Origin: Candidatus Poriferihabitaceae bacterium
Lineage (GTDB): Bacteria; Pseudomonadota; Gammaproteobacteria; Arenicellales; Poriferihabitantaceae
Direction of reading: 5' to 3'
Assembly: GCA_965214625.1 (NCBI GenBank)
Contig: OZ243962.1
Location: 1,005,278 to 1,069,277 of the forward strand
Length of the DNA stretch: 64,000 nucleotides
Shown here: one piece after another, positions 1 through 9,782 of the stretch
Numbering within the stretch: the first letter of the stretch is position 1
Layout: each line of letters opens with the position of its first letter
The notes under the pieces: generated by a model
The model's database searches: none
What the model was told of the DNA's origin: nothing
Seen by the model: the letters and a program-made list of their open reading frames with translations, nothing else
Position numbers and translations under genes: made by a program

Positions 1-625
1 AGGGCAGTCCGCACAAGGCAGCGGTGTCCCTTTGATCCTGTTGATACCAGGAGACAAATCCCGCATTGGCCTGCAGCGGCTTTCTGCCCTTGACCGCGTC
101 ATTGAGATTGGCCAGATGGACTGGTTTCCAGTTCAGCTGTGCATTAAATTCCCGGGCAATATCACCAATACGGAAACTCGCGAAGTAGCACCAGGGACTG
201 TGAAAATCAAACCAGAAATCAAGCTGCTTTTTCTTCGGGTCCGGCACTTTTGTCGCCGTTTCAAAACGTCGCCGGTCAACCACCGCGCGAATATGTCGGC
301 CGCGCATGACCAAGGTCTCGCCTTGATGGGCCGTCAACTCAAACTCGATACGACGGCCCTGTTGTCTGGTCAGAATCGCAGTCACGACAATCGATTGACC
401 GATCCACGCCGGGGCCAGATGATCCACTTGCACCGACGTCCCGACACTCACTTCCCCGACTTCATAATAGGGCGACGCCAGATGATCGGCAGCCGCTTCA
501 AAATACAGGATAATCGCCGTGGTGGCGACCACATCGACCCCATGATTCCCCATCGCCGAGGCGGCCTGCTGTGCCGTGGGATAAAACACTTCGCGATGGT
601 CGATTCCGCGCTTAATGACCCTCAT
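1..625 (-). CDS. Hotdog-fold thioesterase-like / DsbA-like (2-hydroxychromene-2-carboxylate isomerase family) fusion protein; N-terminal part only, continues past the left edge
   Basis: My own reverse-strand translation from ATG at 625-623: MRVIKRGIDHREVFYPTAQQAASAMGNHGVDVVATTAIILYFEAAADHL...GRRIEFELTAHQGETLVMRGRHIRAVV, a hotdog/FlK-like thioesterase pattern. It continues ...KKKQLDFWFDFHSPWCYFASFRIGDIAREF...WKPVHLANL, a DsbA-like HCCA-isomerase pattern. Not in the ORF track because it is open at the window edge. Confidence 0.5.
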   Translation of the reverse strand, partial: MRVIKRGIDHREVFYPTAQQAASAMGNHGVDVVATTAIILYFEAAADHLASPYYEVGEVSVGTSVQVDHLAPAWIGQSIVVTAILTRQQGRRIEFELTAHQGETLVMRGRHIRAVVDRRRFETATKVPDPKKKQLDFWFDFHSPWCYFASFRIGDIAREFNAQLNWKPVHLANLNDAVKGRKPLQANAGFVSWYQQDQRDTAALCGLP

Positions 626-646
626 AGCTGCACACTCCGGCGATGT

Positions 647-1438
647 TCAACGTACCTGTGGAAACTCCGGTCCGTCCAGTGGATCACCGTGTCGCAGCCG
701 ACACTCGGGAAACGGTGGCGAAGTGGTTCCCCGGCGAACGGCAAAGGTCGCATCATCACCGACCCAGCGACTCGAAAAAGCCCGCCTGCGGCGGGTCTTG
801 CACTGATTGGCGGGTGCACCATGTACGGTCAGAAAATGAAAGGCCACCACATCGCCCGGCTCGACGGCCCAGTGCAACAGCCGGTACTTGTCAGGGTCGG
901 CATCAATGTCCGGCAACCGGTGGTAGTGGGTGTCCGGGTACAGTGGCGTTCGATCAAAACGGGTTGGCGTGAACCACTTTCCCCAACCATGCGATCCGGC
1001 GACAAACCGGACGGCCGTCTCTTCGGACACGTGATCCAATGCCAGCCACAAGCTGCAGTTCTGTCTGCCATCGACACAGTAGTAGGGTTGGTCATGGTGC
1101 CAGGGTGTGGGAATATCGGTGGCCGGTTCCTTGACCAGAACATGCTCATGAAACAATCTGACATGCCTCGACCCCATGAGCTGTTGTGCTATCGCCGCTG
1201 CCGGCGAATGAAACAGGAAATCCCGATATTCATCAATCCGGTGCCAATTGCAAAAATCGCCGAAGAAACGCCCCCGCGAGCCATCGCGATAATCCCGGAC
1301 GAAGGGGCCCGGATTCTGCAGGTTGATTTCGATCCCCCGACGCAACACCTCAACCCAGTCGGTCAACAATCCCCTGATGACGACCGCGCCGTGCTGGTGA
1401 AACTGTTCAATCGTCTGTTTTGGGATATGCACAATCAT
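647..1438 (-). CDS. Phytanoyl-CoA dioxygenase (PhyH) family Fe(II)/2-oxoglutarate oxygenase
   Basis: 263-aa ORF. HxD iron ligands in TPWHHDQPYY and a distal His in FLTVHGAPAN; PhyH-like N-terminus FHQHGAVVIRGLL. The 480-aa + strand ORF 32..1474 is its antisense shadow. Confidence 0.75.
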   Translation of the reverse strand: MIVHIPKQTIEQFHQHGAVVIRGLLTDWVEVLRRGIEINLQNPGPFVRDYRDGSRGRFFGDFCNWHRIDEYRDFLFHSPAAAIAQQLMGSRHVRLFHEHVLVKEPATDIPTPWHHDQPYYCVDGRQNCSLWLALDHVSEETAVRFVAGSHGWGKWFTPTRFDRTPLYPDTHYHRLPDIDADPDKYRLLHWAVEPGDVVAFHFLTVHGAPANQCKTRRRRAFSSRWVGDDATFAVRRGTTSPPFPECRLRHGDPLDGPEFPQVR

Positions 1439-1550
1439 CGCCTGGTTGATTTCGATCCGGTGCCCCGATCATGACTGACGGCGAATTGCCGCGAACCGGC
1501 TGACGACAGCAAGGGGGTTCTCCTTCGTTTGGAATTTCGAATATACTGCA

Positions 1551-3170
1551 TTGTCCAATCCGGAACAAACGACCTCATTCATGACGACTGAAACCGCGAT
1601 TCCCCGATTCGATAAAATCAGTGATTATGTCTTTCACTACGCCGATCACACCCCCAATAAAGAGGCTTTGGTCTGGCAGGATGTTCGCATTGACTACCGA
1701 TCGTTTGCAACCCGGGTCAAACGGATTTCAAGGGCATTGATCGCCGCTGGCGTCGGAAAAGGAGACCGTGTCGTGCTGCTCGGCACCCCGCGGCCAGAAT
1801 TTTTCATGGTCATGCTGGCGACCGTCGATATTGGCGGAATCTGGGTCGGGCTACATCCCCGCTATCAGCTGAACGAATTTCGCCATATCCTTGATCAGGC
1901 CTCACCCACACTCCTGTTTGCCTTCGAACAGATCGATGGTCGTCGATATGAGGATGAATTATCCATTTTCCAGAAAGCGTACCGCCAACTCAATCAGATC
2001 ATCGTGTTTGATAACAGCCATCCGACCACCGGGATTTCGTTTGATGCCTTTTGCGCAACCGCCCACGATACCCCTGAAGCAACATGGCAGGCCGCCAGGG
2101 ATCGTATCGAAACCGATGATTCAGCGGTGATTATTTTCACATCCGGGACTACGGGCAAACCCAAAGGGGCGATGAACAGCCATTACGGACTGGTGCACTG
2201 TGCCCTGATCGAGCTGAGCCGGTGGCCCGGTGATGACCTGCGTGTCCTGCAGAACATGCCGATCAACCACATCGCCAACATTGGCATGATGTCCAGCTAT
2301 GCACTGGTGGCGGGAGGTACCCTAGTCTTCATGGATCGCTTTGATCCCGTTCAAATCCTAAAATGCATCGAAACCGAACGGATCACTTTCTGGCTGCAGG
2401 CACCCGCGATGTTCCATCTGGTTGTCAATCAACCCGGTTTTGCAACAACCGATCTTTCCTCGCTGGAGTATATCGTCTGGGGAGGCGGACCCATGCCGCA
2501 ACACCTGATCCGCAGCCTGCGCCGACTGAAGGCTACCTTGGCCATGGCCTATGGGATGACCGAATTGACTGCGTATGTCACCTATGCGGATCTGGATGCC
2601 AGTGAAGAAGCCCTCGCCAACACCATCGGCAAGCCGGAACCGCGTTATGATCTGCGTCTGATCAACCATCGCGGCAACATGGCGGACATTGGGGAAAGCG
2701 GTGAAATTCAGGCCAGAGGCCGGTGGCTGATGAATGGCTATTTCAACCAGCCACAGGCGACCTCAGCGGCTTTTACCGACGATGGATGGTTCAAAACAGG
2801 CGATATTGCGGAACTTCGCGAAGACGGAAACTGGAAACTGGTCGGTCGGACCAAGGAAATGTATAAATCCGGTGGCTATAATATCTACCCCAGAGAGATA
2901 GAAATGGGCATTGAAGAACATCCCAGCGTTGCCATGTGTGCGGTATTGGGGGTGCCTGACGCGCTTTATCATGAGGTCGGTTACGCTTTCATACAGATTG
3001 AACCCGGCCGACACCTTAGCGTCCCTGAAATAACTGACTGGTGTCGACAAAGACTGGCCAATTACAAGATCCCGAAAACGTTCGATATCATGACCGAACT
3101 GCCGCGGCTGCCGATTGGGAAGATTGACAAGCAGGGGCTGCGACGCCGTCTCGACAATCGGTCCAGTTAA
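1551..3170 (+). CDS. AMP-dependent acyl-CoA synthetase/ligase (class I adenylate-forming enzyme)
   Basis: 539-aa ORF with the AMP-binding signature IIFTSGTTGKPKGAM, plus YGMTE, GDIAELREDGNWKLVGRTKEMYKSGGYNIYPREIE and C-terminal GKIDK. The track start is TTG 1551; ATG at 1581 is an alternative. Confidence 0.85.
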   Translation: MSNPEQTTSFMTTETAIPRFDKISDYVFHYADHTPNKEALVWQDVRIDYRSFATRVKRISRALIAAGVGKGDRVVLLGTPRPEFFMVMLATVDIGGIWVGLHPRYQLNEFRHILDQASPTLLFAFEQIDGRRYEDELSIFQKAYRQLNQIIVFDNSHPTTGISFDAFCATAHDTPEATWQAARDRIETDDSAVIIFTSGTTGKPKGAMNSHYGLVHCALIELSRWPGDDLRVLQNMPINHIANIGMMSSYALVAGGTLVFMDRFDPVQILKCIETERITFWLQAPAMFHLVVNQPGFATTDLSSLEYIVWGGGPMPQHLIRSLRRLKATLAMAYGMTELTAYVTYADLDASEEALANTIGKPEPRYDLRLINHRGNMADIGESGEIQARGRWLMNGYFNQPQATSAAFTDDGWFKTGDIAELREDGNWKLVGRTKEMYKSGGYNIYPREIEMGIEEHPSVAMCAVLGVPDALYHEVGYAFIQIEPGRHLSVPEITDWCRQRLANYKIPKTFDIMTELPRLPIGKIDKQGLRRRLDNRSS

Positions 3171-3236
3171 CGGCACAAAAACAATCCAGCCGGAAAACCA
3201 ACCTTTGACCCTTACCACACCAATCACGACTTGACG

Positions 3237-4289
3237 ATGAAATACAACAAACTGGGCAATACCGATATTGATGTCAGCCTGATCTGTCTCGGCACCATGA
3301 CCTGGGGGGAACAGAATTCCCAGGCCGAGGCATTTGAGCAGATGCATTATGCGCTTGATCGGGGCGTTAATTTCTGGGATGCAGCGGAAATGTATCCCGT
3401 CCCGACCCGGGCGGAAACAGCGGGTGAAACGGAACGCATTATCGGTCACTGGTTCCACCAAAACGGTAAACGGGACCAGGTCATCCTGGCTACCAAGGTG
3501 ACCGGGCGGAGTGATCGGACATGGGTGCGGGGGGGAGAAGAGACCCGATTGAACAGGGAACAGATCGAACAGGCCGTTGAAGGCAGTCTGAAACGATTGC
3601 AAACAGACTATATCGACCTGTATCAGCTGCATTGGCCTGACCGGAAACTGGGTTTATGGGGAGAGGGGAATGGGTCCTATGTCCACAAGAACAATCCGGA
3701 TGAAATCGCCATCGAGGAAACGCTGGATACGATGGGACGGCTTGTCCAATCCGGGAAGGTCAGAATGATCGGTGTGTCCAACGAAACACCGTGGGGTCTG
3801 AGTCAGTATATTGCGGTATCGGAAAAGACGGCACGGCCCAAAGTGGTCTCGATTCAAAACTCCTACAGCCTGATGAACCGGGTTTTCGAAAGCGGGCTCA
3901 GTGAATTCAGTTATCGTGAAAACATCGGTCTGTTGGCCTACTCACCACTGGGGATGGGTACATTAAGCGGCAAGTATATCGAAGGAGACATTCCGCTGGG
4001 CAGTCGTCTGGACCGCTTTCCCGAATTCATGCCACGCTATCAGACCGATATTGCCAAACAGGCCATACAACAATATGTCGACCTTGCTCAGGCCCAGGGC
4101 CTGACACCCACGCAGCTGGCACTTGGATTTGTCAACACTCGACCTTTCGTGACCGCCAATATCATCGGTGCCACGAATCTGGACCAGCTCAAGGAAAACA
4201 TTGACACCATTAATGTGGACATCACTGAAGAAATACAAACTGAAATCAATCGTATCCATACAATCTGCAAAAACCCAACCGCGTCGTAG
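3237..4289 (+). CDS. NADP(H)-dependent aldo/keto reductase (Tas-like)
   Basis: MKYNKLGNTDIDVSLICLGTMTWGEQ...ALDRGVNFWDAAEMYPVP and IDLYQLHWPDR are typical AKR (E. coli Tas-type) strings. I prefer ATG 3237 to the track's TTG 3231. Confidence 0.85.
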   Translation: MKYNKLGNTDIDVSLICLGTMTWGEQNSQAEAFEQMHYALDRGVNFWDAAEMYPVPTRAETAGETERIIGHWFHQNGKRDQVILATKVTGRSDRTWVRGGEETRLNREQIEQAVEGSLKRLQTDYIDLYQLHWPDRKLGLWGEGNGSYVHKNNPDEIAIEETLDTMGRLVQSGKVRMIGVSNETPWGLSQYIAVSEKTARPKVVSIQNSYSLMNRVFESGLSEFSYRENIGLLAYSPLGMGTLSGKYIEGDIPLGSRLDRFPEFMPRYQTDIAKQAIQQYVDLAQAQGLTPTQLALGFVNTRPFVTANIIGATNLDQLKENIDTINVDITEEIQTEINRIHTICKNPTAS

Positions 4290-4408
4290 AGTTATTCGAT
4301 CTGTTCCTCATGTCGCTGGATGAGACTGGGAAAATGAGATTATCCCACTGGGTATCGCCTGCACCCGGCGCAACAGGCCTCGCTGTCTATCGAACGTAAC
4401 GGATAACC

Positions 4409-5023
4409 ATGATGAGACCCCCTCTGATTCTGGCTTCCTCGTCCCCCTACCGCAGGGCGATCGTCAACAAACTCAATCTCAAGATTCAATCGGTTTCCCC
4501 GAATATCGATGAAACCCCGTTGCCCTCGGAAACCCCGATGGACCTGGCCAAGCGCCTGTCTGAGCAAAAAGCACGCTCGGTCGCCACGCATTTTCCGGAT
4601 GCCCTGATTATCGGCTCGGATCAGGTTGCGGTTCAAGACAACCGGATCATGGGCAAACCCAAAGATCACGAAGAGGCCGTCAACCAGCTTCGTCGTGCAT
4701 CCGGCGCCATCATTGTGCTTTACAGCGGGTTATCGCTGTTCAATGCAGCCAGCGGCTCGATGCAGTCGACTGTCGATTCATTTGAAGTGGAATATCGTCA
4801 TTTGACCGACCAGCAGATTGAAAATTATCTTCAACTGGAAAAGCCCTATGATTGCTGTGGCAGTTTGAAAGCCGAGGGGATCGGCATCAGCCTGTTGCGA
4901 AGACTGACCGGCAACGATCCCAACACATTGATCGGATTACCGTTAATTCAGTTGATTACGCTGTTGAAAAATGAAGGCATTGAACCCATCCCGATAGATC
5001 GTGTCCTGTCACCGATAAAGTAA
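4409..5023 (+). CDS. Maf-like nucleoside triphosphate pyrophosphatase (YceF-type)
   Basis: 204-aa ORF: LILASSSPYRRAIVNKL, LIIGSDQVAV..GKP, EKPYDCCGSLKAEGIG. These match the Maf family layout. Confidence 0.8.
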   Translation: MMRPPLILASSSPYRRAIVNKLNLKIQSVSPNIDETPLPSETPMDLAKRLSEQKARSVATHFPDALIIGSDQVAVQDNRIMGKPKDHEEAVNQLRRASGAIIVLYSGLSLFNAASGSMQSTVDSFEVEYRHLTDQQIENYLQLEKPYDCCGSLKAEGIGISLLRRLTGNDPNTLIGLPLIQLITLLKNEGIEPIPIDRVLSPIK

Positions 5024-5434
5024 TCTCCCGCCATTCTGTGGCCGGAGTGACTCAGCAATGACTGTATTTTCAGGATAAATGCGACCTGTTTTGATCTTCG
5101 TCATTGGACATAAGAAGATCGTTCCTTGTTTATCGTACGTTATTCCTGAATCGGGCAGCCATCTGGCATCTATCCAGAATCGCCTGGTGAATATCGGCTT
5201 CTGAAGTAATCTTTCGCGCTCCCATCAACGTTTCTTTCAACGTCTCATTACAGGTGCAAACCAACTCAGCGGAACTGAGACCCTTTACCTTGCTGGCCAA
5301 ACGTTTCCAGGAAATTCATTTAGCCGTCTTCTCGCCAAGCCTTGATTTCAAAAATAGCTGCAATATACTCATCATCCGGCAATTCATGATGAAGGCTCCG
5401 CCAGAGTTATCCCTGTCCAAGCCGGGGCATGTCA

Positions 5435-7468
5435 TCAGTCCGTTGATTGGGTTGGATTGAGGCTGTCCTTGAAGGTCACACTGCGAATTCGATTTATTCG
5501 GTCCCGCACTGATGCGGCGGCTTCAAACTCAAGATTTCTGGCATAGGCATACATTTCCTTTTCGAGTTTTTTGAGCAGCTTACCCAATGCTTTGGGAGAT
5601 TGGCGATAGTGCTCCTGTTCTTCCTCTGAAACCCACTGCGCCTCAGGCAAATCATGCCAAGCCGAATCATTGGCGGTCACGCCGTCAATGATATCCTTGA
5701 CCGGTTTGATCACCGATTTGGGAGTAATGTGATTCAACGCGTTATAGTCGCGTTGCTTGTTTCTCCGTCTTTCTGTTTCCTGAACGGCATTTTTGATCGA
5801 ATTGGTGTGTTGATCGGCATAGAGGATAACTTTCCCCTCTGAATGTCTTGCCGCCCGGCCGATTGTCTGAATCAGGGAACGGGTTGAGCGCAAGAAACCC
5901 TCCTTGTCCGCATCCAGGATGGCCACCAGTGATACTTCGGGAATATCCAATCCCTCTCTTAACAAATTAATCCCGACCAGCACATCAAAGACCCCTTTTC
6001 GCAGGTCACGGATGATTTCTACCCTTTCCACCGTATCAATATCGGAATGTAGATAGCGCACCTTGACATGATGTTCATGCAGATATTCGGTCAGATCTTC
6101 CGCCATTCTTTTGGTCAGGGTGGTCACGAGAACCCGTTCCTTTCGGGTGACACGGAGGTGGATTTCTGACAACAGATCATCAACCTGACTCTCGACCGGC
6201 CGAATCGTCACTTCCGGGTCCAGCAATCCTGTGGGGCGCACCAGCTGTTCCACCACCTGCGGTGTCCTGTCATGTTCATAATCCGCCGGGGTGGCCGAGA
6301 CGAAAATCGTTTGTGGAATCAGCGATTCAAATTCATCAAATCGAAGTGGCCGGTTATCCAGCGCCGAAGGCAGCCGAAATCCATATTCCACGAGATTTTC
6401 CTTGCGGGATCGGTCCCCCCGGTACATGGCCCCAATTTGTGGAACCGTGGCGTGACTTTCATCGATAAACAGCAACGCATGGTCCGGCAGATAATCCATC
6501 AAGGTCGGTGGTGGCATCCCGGCGGACCGCCCTGAAAGATAACGCGAGTAGTTTTCTATCCCGTTGCAGTAGCCGAGTTCATACATCATCTCCAGATCAT
6601 ACAAAGTCCGTTGCTCCAGTCGCTGGGCTTCGAGCAATCTCCCCCCCTCGCGTAACTGAGCCAGTCTTTCGCGTAACTCAAGCTTGATCTCGTCCAATAC
6701 ATTGATAATGGTCTCCCGCGCAGTCACATAGTGACTTTTGGGATAAACCGTCACCCGGTTCACATGCTCTTCCACTGCGCCGGTGAGGGGATCAAAGCGG
6801 GAGAGATTTTCAATTTCGTCGCCGAACAACTCGATACGTACCGCCAGACGCTCGGACTCGGCGGGATAGATGTCAATGACATCCCCTCTGACGCGAAAGG
6901 TACTGCGGTGCAGCTCCAGATTATTACGAATATACTGCAGTTCAGCGAGCCGCTTGAGTATCGTACGTTGGTCAATCCGATCCCCTTTTTTGACATGCAG
7001 TATCATCCCGTGATACGCAACCGGATCACCCAGTCCAAAAATCGCGGAGACCGTGGCAACAATAATGACATCGTCACGCTCCAGCAATGCCTTGGTTGCA
7101 GAGAGGCGCATCTGGTCGATATGGTCATTCACCGAAGCGTCCTTTTCGATGTAGGTATCTGAACTGGGGACATACGCTTCAGGTTGATAGTAGTCGTAGT
7201 ACGACACAAAGTATTCAACCGCATTATGTGGAAAGAAGTCCCGCATTTCCGAATACAGCTGTGCTGCGAGGGTTTTGTTGTGGGCCAGAATGAGCGCCGG
7301 TCTTTCGGTTCGGTCGATCACATTGGCCATGGTGAAGGTTTTTCCGGATCCGGTCACACCGAGTAACGTCTGAAAGGCTTCTCCCGCTTCAATCCCCTGG
7401 ATCAGTGCATCAATGGCATAAGGCTGGTCACCCGAGGGGGTATAGTCACTCTTTAACTGATACAGCAT
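5435..7468 (-). CDS. uvrB: Excinuclease ABC subunit B
   Basis: 677 aa. N-terminus [29 protein letters not shown], Walker [10 protein letters not shown], helicase motifs (FIDESH, GRAARH) and the C-terminal UVR motif [12 protein letters not shown]. Confidence 0.97.
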   Translation of the reverse strand: MLYQLKSDYTPSGDQPYAIDALIQGIEAGEAFQTLLGVTGSGKTFTMANVIDRTERPALILAHNKTLAAQLYSEMRDFFPHNAVEYFVSYYDYYQPEAYVPSSDTYIEKDASVNDHIDQMRLSATKALLERDDVIIVATVSAIFGLGDPVAYHGMILHVKKGDRIDQRTILKRLAELQYIRNNLELHRSTFRVRGDVIDIYPAESERLAVRIELFGDEIENLSRFDPLTGAVEEHVNRVTVYPKSHYVTARETIINVLDEIKLELRERLAQLREGGRLLEAQRLEQRTLYDLEMMYELGYCNGIENYSRYLSGRSAGMPPPTLMDYLPDHALLFIDESHATVPQIGAMYRGDRSRKENLVEYGFRLPSALDNRPLRFDEFESLIPQTIFVSATPADYEHDRTPQVVEQLVRPTGLLDPEVTIRPVESQVDDLLSEIHLRVTRKERVLVTTLTKRMAEDLTEYLHEHHVKVRYLHSDIDTVERVEIIRDLRKGVFDVLVGINLLREGLDIPEVSLVAILDADKEGFLRSTRSLIQTIGRAARHSEGKVILYADQHTNSIKNAVQETERRRNKQRDYNALNHITPKSVIKPVKDIIDGVTANDSAWHDLPEAQWVSEEEQEHYRQSPKALGKLLKKLEKEMYAYARNLEFEAAASVRDRINRIRSVTFKDSLNPTQSTD

Positions 7469-8147
7469 GGATTAGCTCATCACCTCATCAAACAGACGGT
7501 CTCTCCATCGTGCAACACCATTGGGGCGGCCCTCTTGGTCATGGTTTCACTGACCGTATCCCGGATGACTCCTCCTAGGTCAGACTCCGTCCTGTCCAAC
7601 CTTCGTACGCTTCTTCAAATCTCATCTCTCTGGTCTCCTGTAACCATTCTGCCTCATGACACCTCCCAATCAATGGCTTTGCACCGGACAGATCATTTGC
7701 TCCCTACACAGCACACGGCTGACCAGTCGGAGCCGTTCCAACAGCGAATCTCAGGCAATCAAGATGTCAAGATGACACTTCAGTGAACAGAGTGACGATG
7801 GACACCGACAGCCATATTAGTCTGCTCCCCGATGGAGATCAATACATACAAACATGCTTGTTTCCCAGGAGCAAATCATCTGCCCTCTCATTCGCCATTG
7901 ATGCATGTTCCATCCGAACTGATGCCATACCCACTGAACCTGGCATGACAGGCCCGACCCGATGCGTTTCGACTCGGCAAACCCATTGAGATTACCCAGG
8001 TGATGCAGAACTACCTCGGCTGTTTTTCCCTCACCATCACTCGCGCCAATCTGTGATCACTGTTAAAATATTGATTCAATACCGTATAAGGTCTTTGAAC
8101 ATCTCGACCACATTGAACGACAACACGGGTATGACCGCGGAGCAACC

Positions 8148-8999
8148 ATGAGCTATCAGCAAATCACTGTAGTGCGTCGCTCACCCCATCTGGGTGCATT
8201 TGTTAGCGACGTGGACCTCAGTAAACTATTAACCGCCGAAACGGTTGCAGAAATCAATCGTGCCCTGCTTGAATTCGGTGTGCTGTTTTTTCGAAATCAG
8301 TCATTGACCAAAACCCGCCATATAGCACTGGGATCCCAGTTTGGCGAAATTGAAGAACCCCATCCGGTATTCGGTTTTGATAAAAAAGACCCGCGCCTGA
8401 CCATCATTGAGTCAAAGGGGCGGGTTGAAGATGCCGAACACTACTGGCACTCGGATGTGTCCTATCAGGAGGCGCCCTCCATGGGTTCCATCCTGGCTGC
8501 GAAAAAAATTCCGCCCTACGGTGGCGATACCCTGTTCTCCAGCATGTACGCTGCCTACGATACCTTGTCGGCACCGATCAAAAAGATGCTCGAGTCATTA
8601 ACCGCGCAGCATTCCTTTGAGCGGGGATGGGGCGCCACCTTCAGGATGCGGGAGGGGGGAGAGGACAGACTGCATCAATTAAAGAAAGCCTTTCCCCTGA
8701 TGACCCATCCCGCGCTTCGAACCCACCCTGAAACCGGTCGTACCGCGCTTTATGTCAATGAATACTATACCGCACGCATCAACGAACTGTCCGAAGCAGA
8801 AAGTGATGGATTGTTGAGACTACTGTTCCATCATTCCCAGTTGCCTGATTTTCAGGTTCGTCATCAATGGCAGGTCGGCGATGTGGCTTTCTGGGATAAC
8901 CGTTGTACGCAGCATTATGCATCCCATGATTACGGCGCTGAACACCGGATCATGAATCGGGTGACACTGGTTGGAGACAAACCATATTTCAGACATTAA
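8148..8999 (+). CDS. TauD/TfdA-family Fe(II)/2-oxoglutarate dioxygenase (taurine dioxygenase-like)
   Basis: 283 aa. HxD in HYWHSDVSY, GGDTLF, and C-terminal WDNRCTQHYA, characteristic of TauD-like enzymes. Confidence 0.8.
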   Translation: MSYQQITVVRRSPHLGAFVSDVDLSKLLTAETVAEINRALLEFGVLFFRNQSLTKTRHIALGSQFGEIEEPHPVFGFDKKDPRLTIIESKGRVEDAEHYWHSDVSYQEAPSMGSILAAKKIPPYGGDTLFSSMYAAYDTLSAPIKKMLESLTAQHSFERGWGATFRMREGGEDRLHQLKKAFPLMTHPALRTHPETGRTALYVNEYYTARINELSEAESDGLLRLLFHHSQLPDFQVRHQWQVGDVAFWDNRCTQHYASHDYGAEHRIMNRVTLVGDKPYFRH

Positions 9000-9062
9000 G
9001 AAGCGTTAATCCGTATATTTCATAAACTTGCCAGAATGGCCGTATTTTCGGTCTCGACCGGG

Positions 9063-9337
9063 TCATTTACAAGTACACTGCGCCGGGCGACCACCGTTGC
9101 GAACAGGGCCTGATGCGGGGTTGAACGGGCACACAGTCGCATGGACCAGGGCGGTGTGCTTCAGTGCCACTGACCGTAGACGCTCCCGCAGGCTATCCGC
9201 TAGGGAGGATAAAATCATTCTGAATGGGTTGACCCGCCACACTTGACAACTCGTGCGATCGGCAAACAGGTCGAGTTGCGGCTGCTTGATGGCGTTTTCC
9301 CTCTCCCCCGGGCACAGTACACCTGTTCATACAGACA
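9063..9337 (-). pseudogene. IS1380-family-like DDE transposase, C-terminal remnant (truncated and frameshifted)
   Basis: My reverse-strand translation of 9305-9063 gives ERENAIKQPQLDLFADRTSCQVWRVNPFRMILSSLADSLRERLRSVALKHTALVHATVC...*. The adjacent frame (9337-9305) gives CLYEQVYCARG, preceded by a stop. Joined, they give the YCARGE.EN.IKE...LFADRTSC...N.FR..LS signature I recall from IS1380-type transposases. The two halves are offset by 1 nt at the C5 run 9305-9309, and there is no N-terminal part. Confidence 0.55.
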
Positions 9338-9782
9338 TTACGCATGTAATCCAATTTTATGCGCAAATAATCCGGCGCGCATATACAGCTTGCCGGTTGT
9401 GCAAGTCGCTGATTGATCTTCTTATTAATGACTTCGTATCGATTTTGGGGAATAATCAAAACTCACAGTGACGGCACACCGGACACTTTCGCCATTATTT
9501 CACTGGTGGGAAATAAACAACGATCATCGTCGACCCATGGCCATGCTCGTGAAACGACAACTTTCGATTTGAGTTGGCTAGATTTATTTGAAATTACCCG
9601 TCCGTCAATTTTCAACTATTCTCTCAGTCTCGGCTCCGGTGGTGGGCCAAACAATGACAGATAAAATCATGACCCTAAAAGTGGTAACCGGACACCTGAA
9701 ATTAGCAGGAGATCATTTAACATCCAGTAGCGGCCCATAAAAAGAGTGAGTATTCAAAAATCAAGGAAATCATCTGGGGGAA

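Noticed and set aside
32-1474. 480-aa + strand ORF, the longest ORF at the left end
   Set aside because: It lies exactly antisense to two well-supported minus-strand genes (PhyH family at 647-1438 and the hotdog/DsbA fusion at 1-625). Its Arg/Pro/Gly-rich translation has no recognisable motif. This is a typical antisense shadow ORF in GC-rich coding DNA.
2763-3632. 289-aa minus-strand ORF spanning the acyl-CoA ligase / aldo-keto reductase junction
   Set aside because: It overlaps two strongly supported + strand genes and has a motif-less, low-complexity translation.
5024-5434. Broken minus-strand reading frames between maf and uvrB (e.g. ..LWRSLHHELPDDEYIAAIFEIKAWREDG* and ..KGLSSAELVCTCNETLKETLMGARKITSEADIHQAILD..) that hinted at a decayed toxin-antitoxin or HTH gene
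   Set aside because: The fragments lack start codons, are short, and I could not tie them to any family. Evidence is insufficient to call a pseudogene.
7469-7560. Looked for a LexA/SOS box (CTGT-N8-ACAG) upstream of uvrB, and likewise upstream of uvrD (about 50960-51076)
   Set aside because: No match to the gammaproteobacterial consensus was found by eye. CTGTGATCACTGTT at about 8051 lacks the ACAG half-site and is closer to the tauD-like gene.
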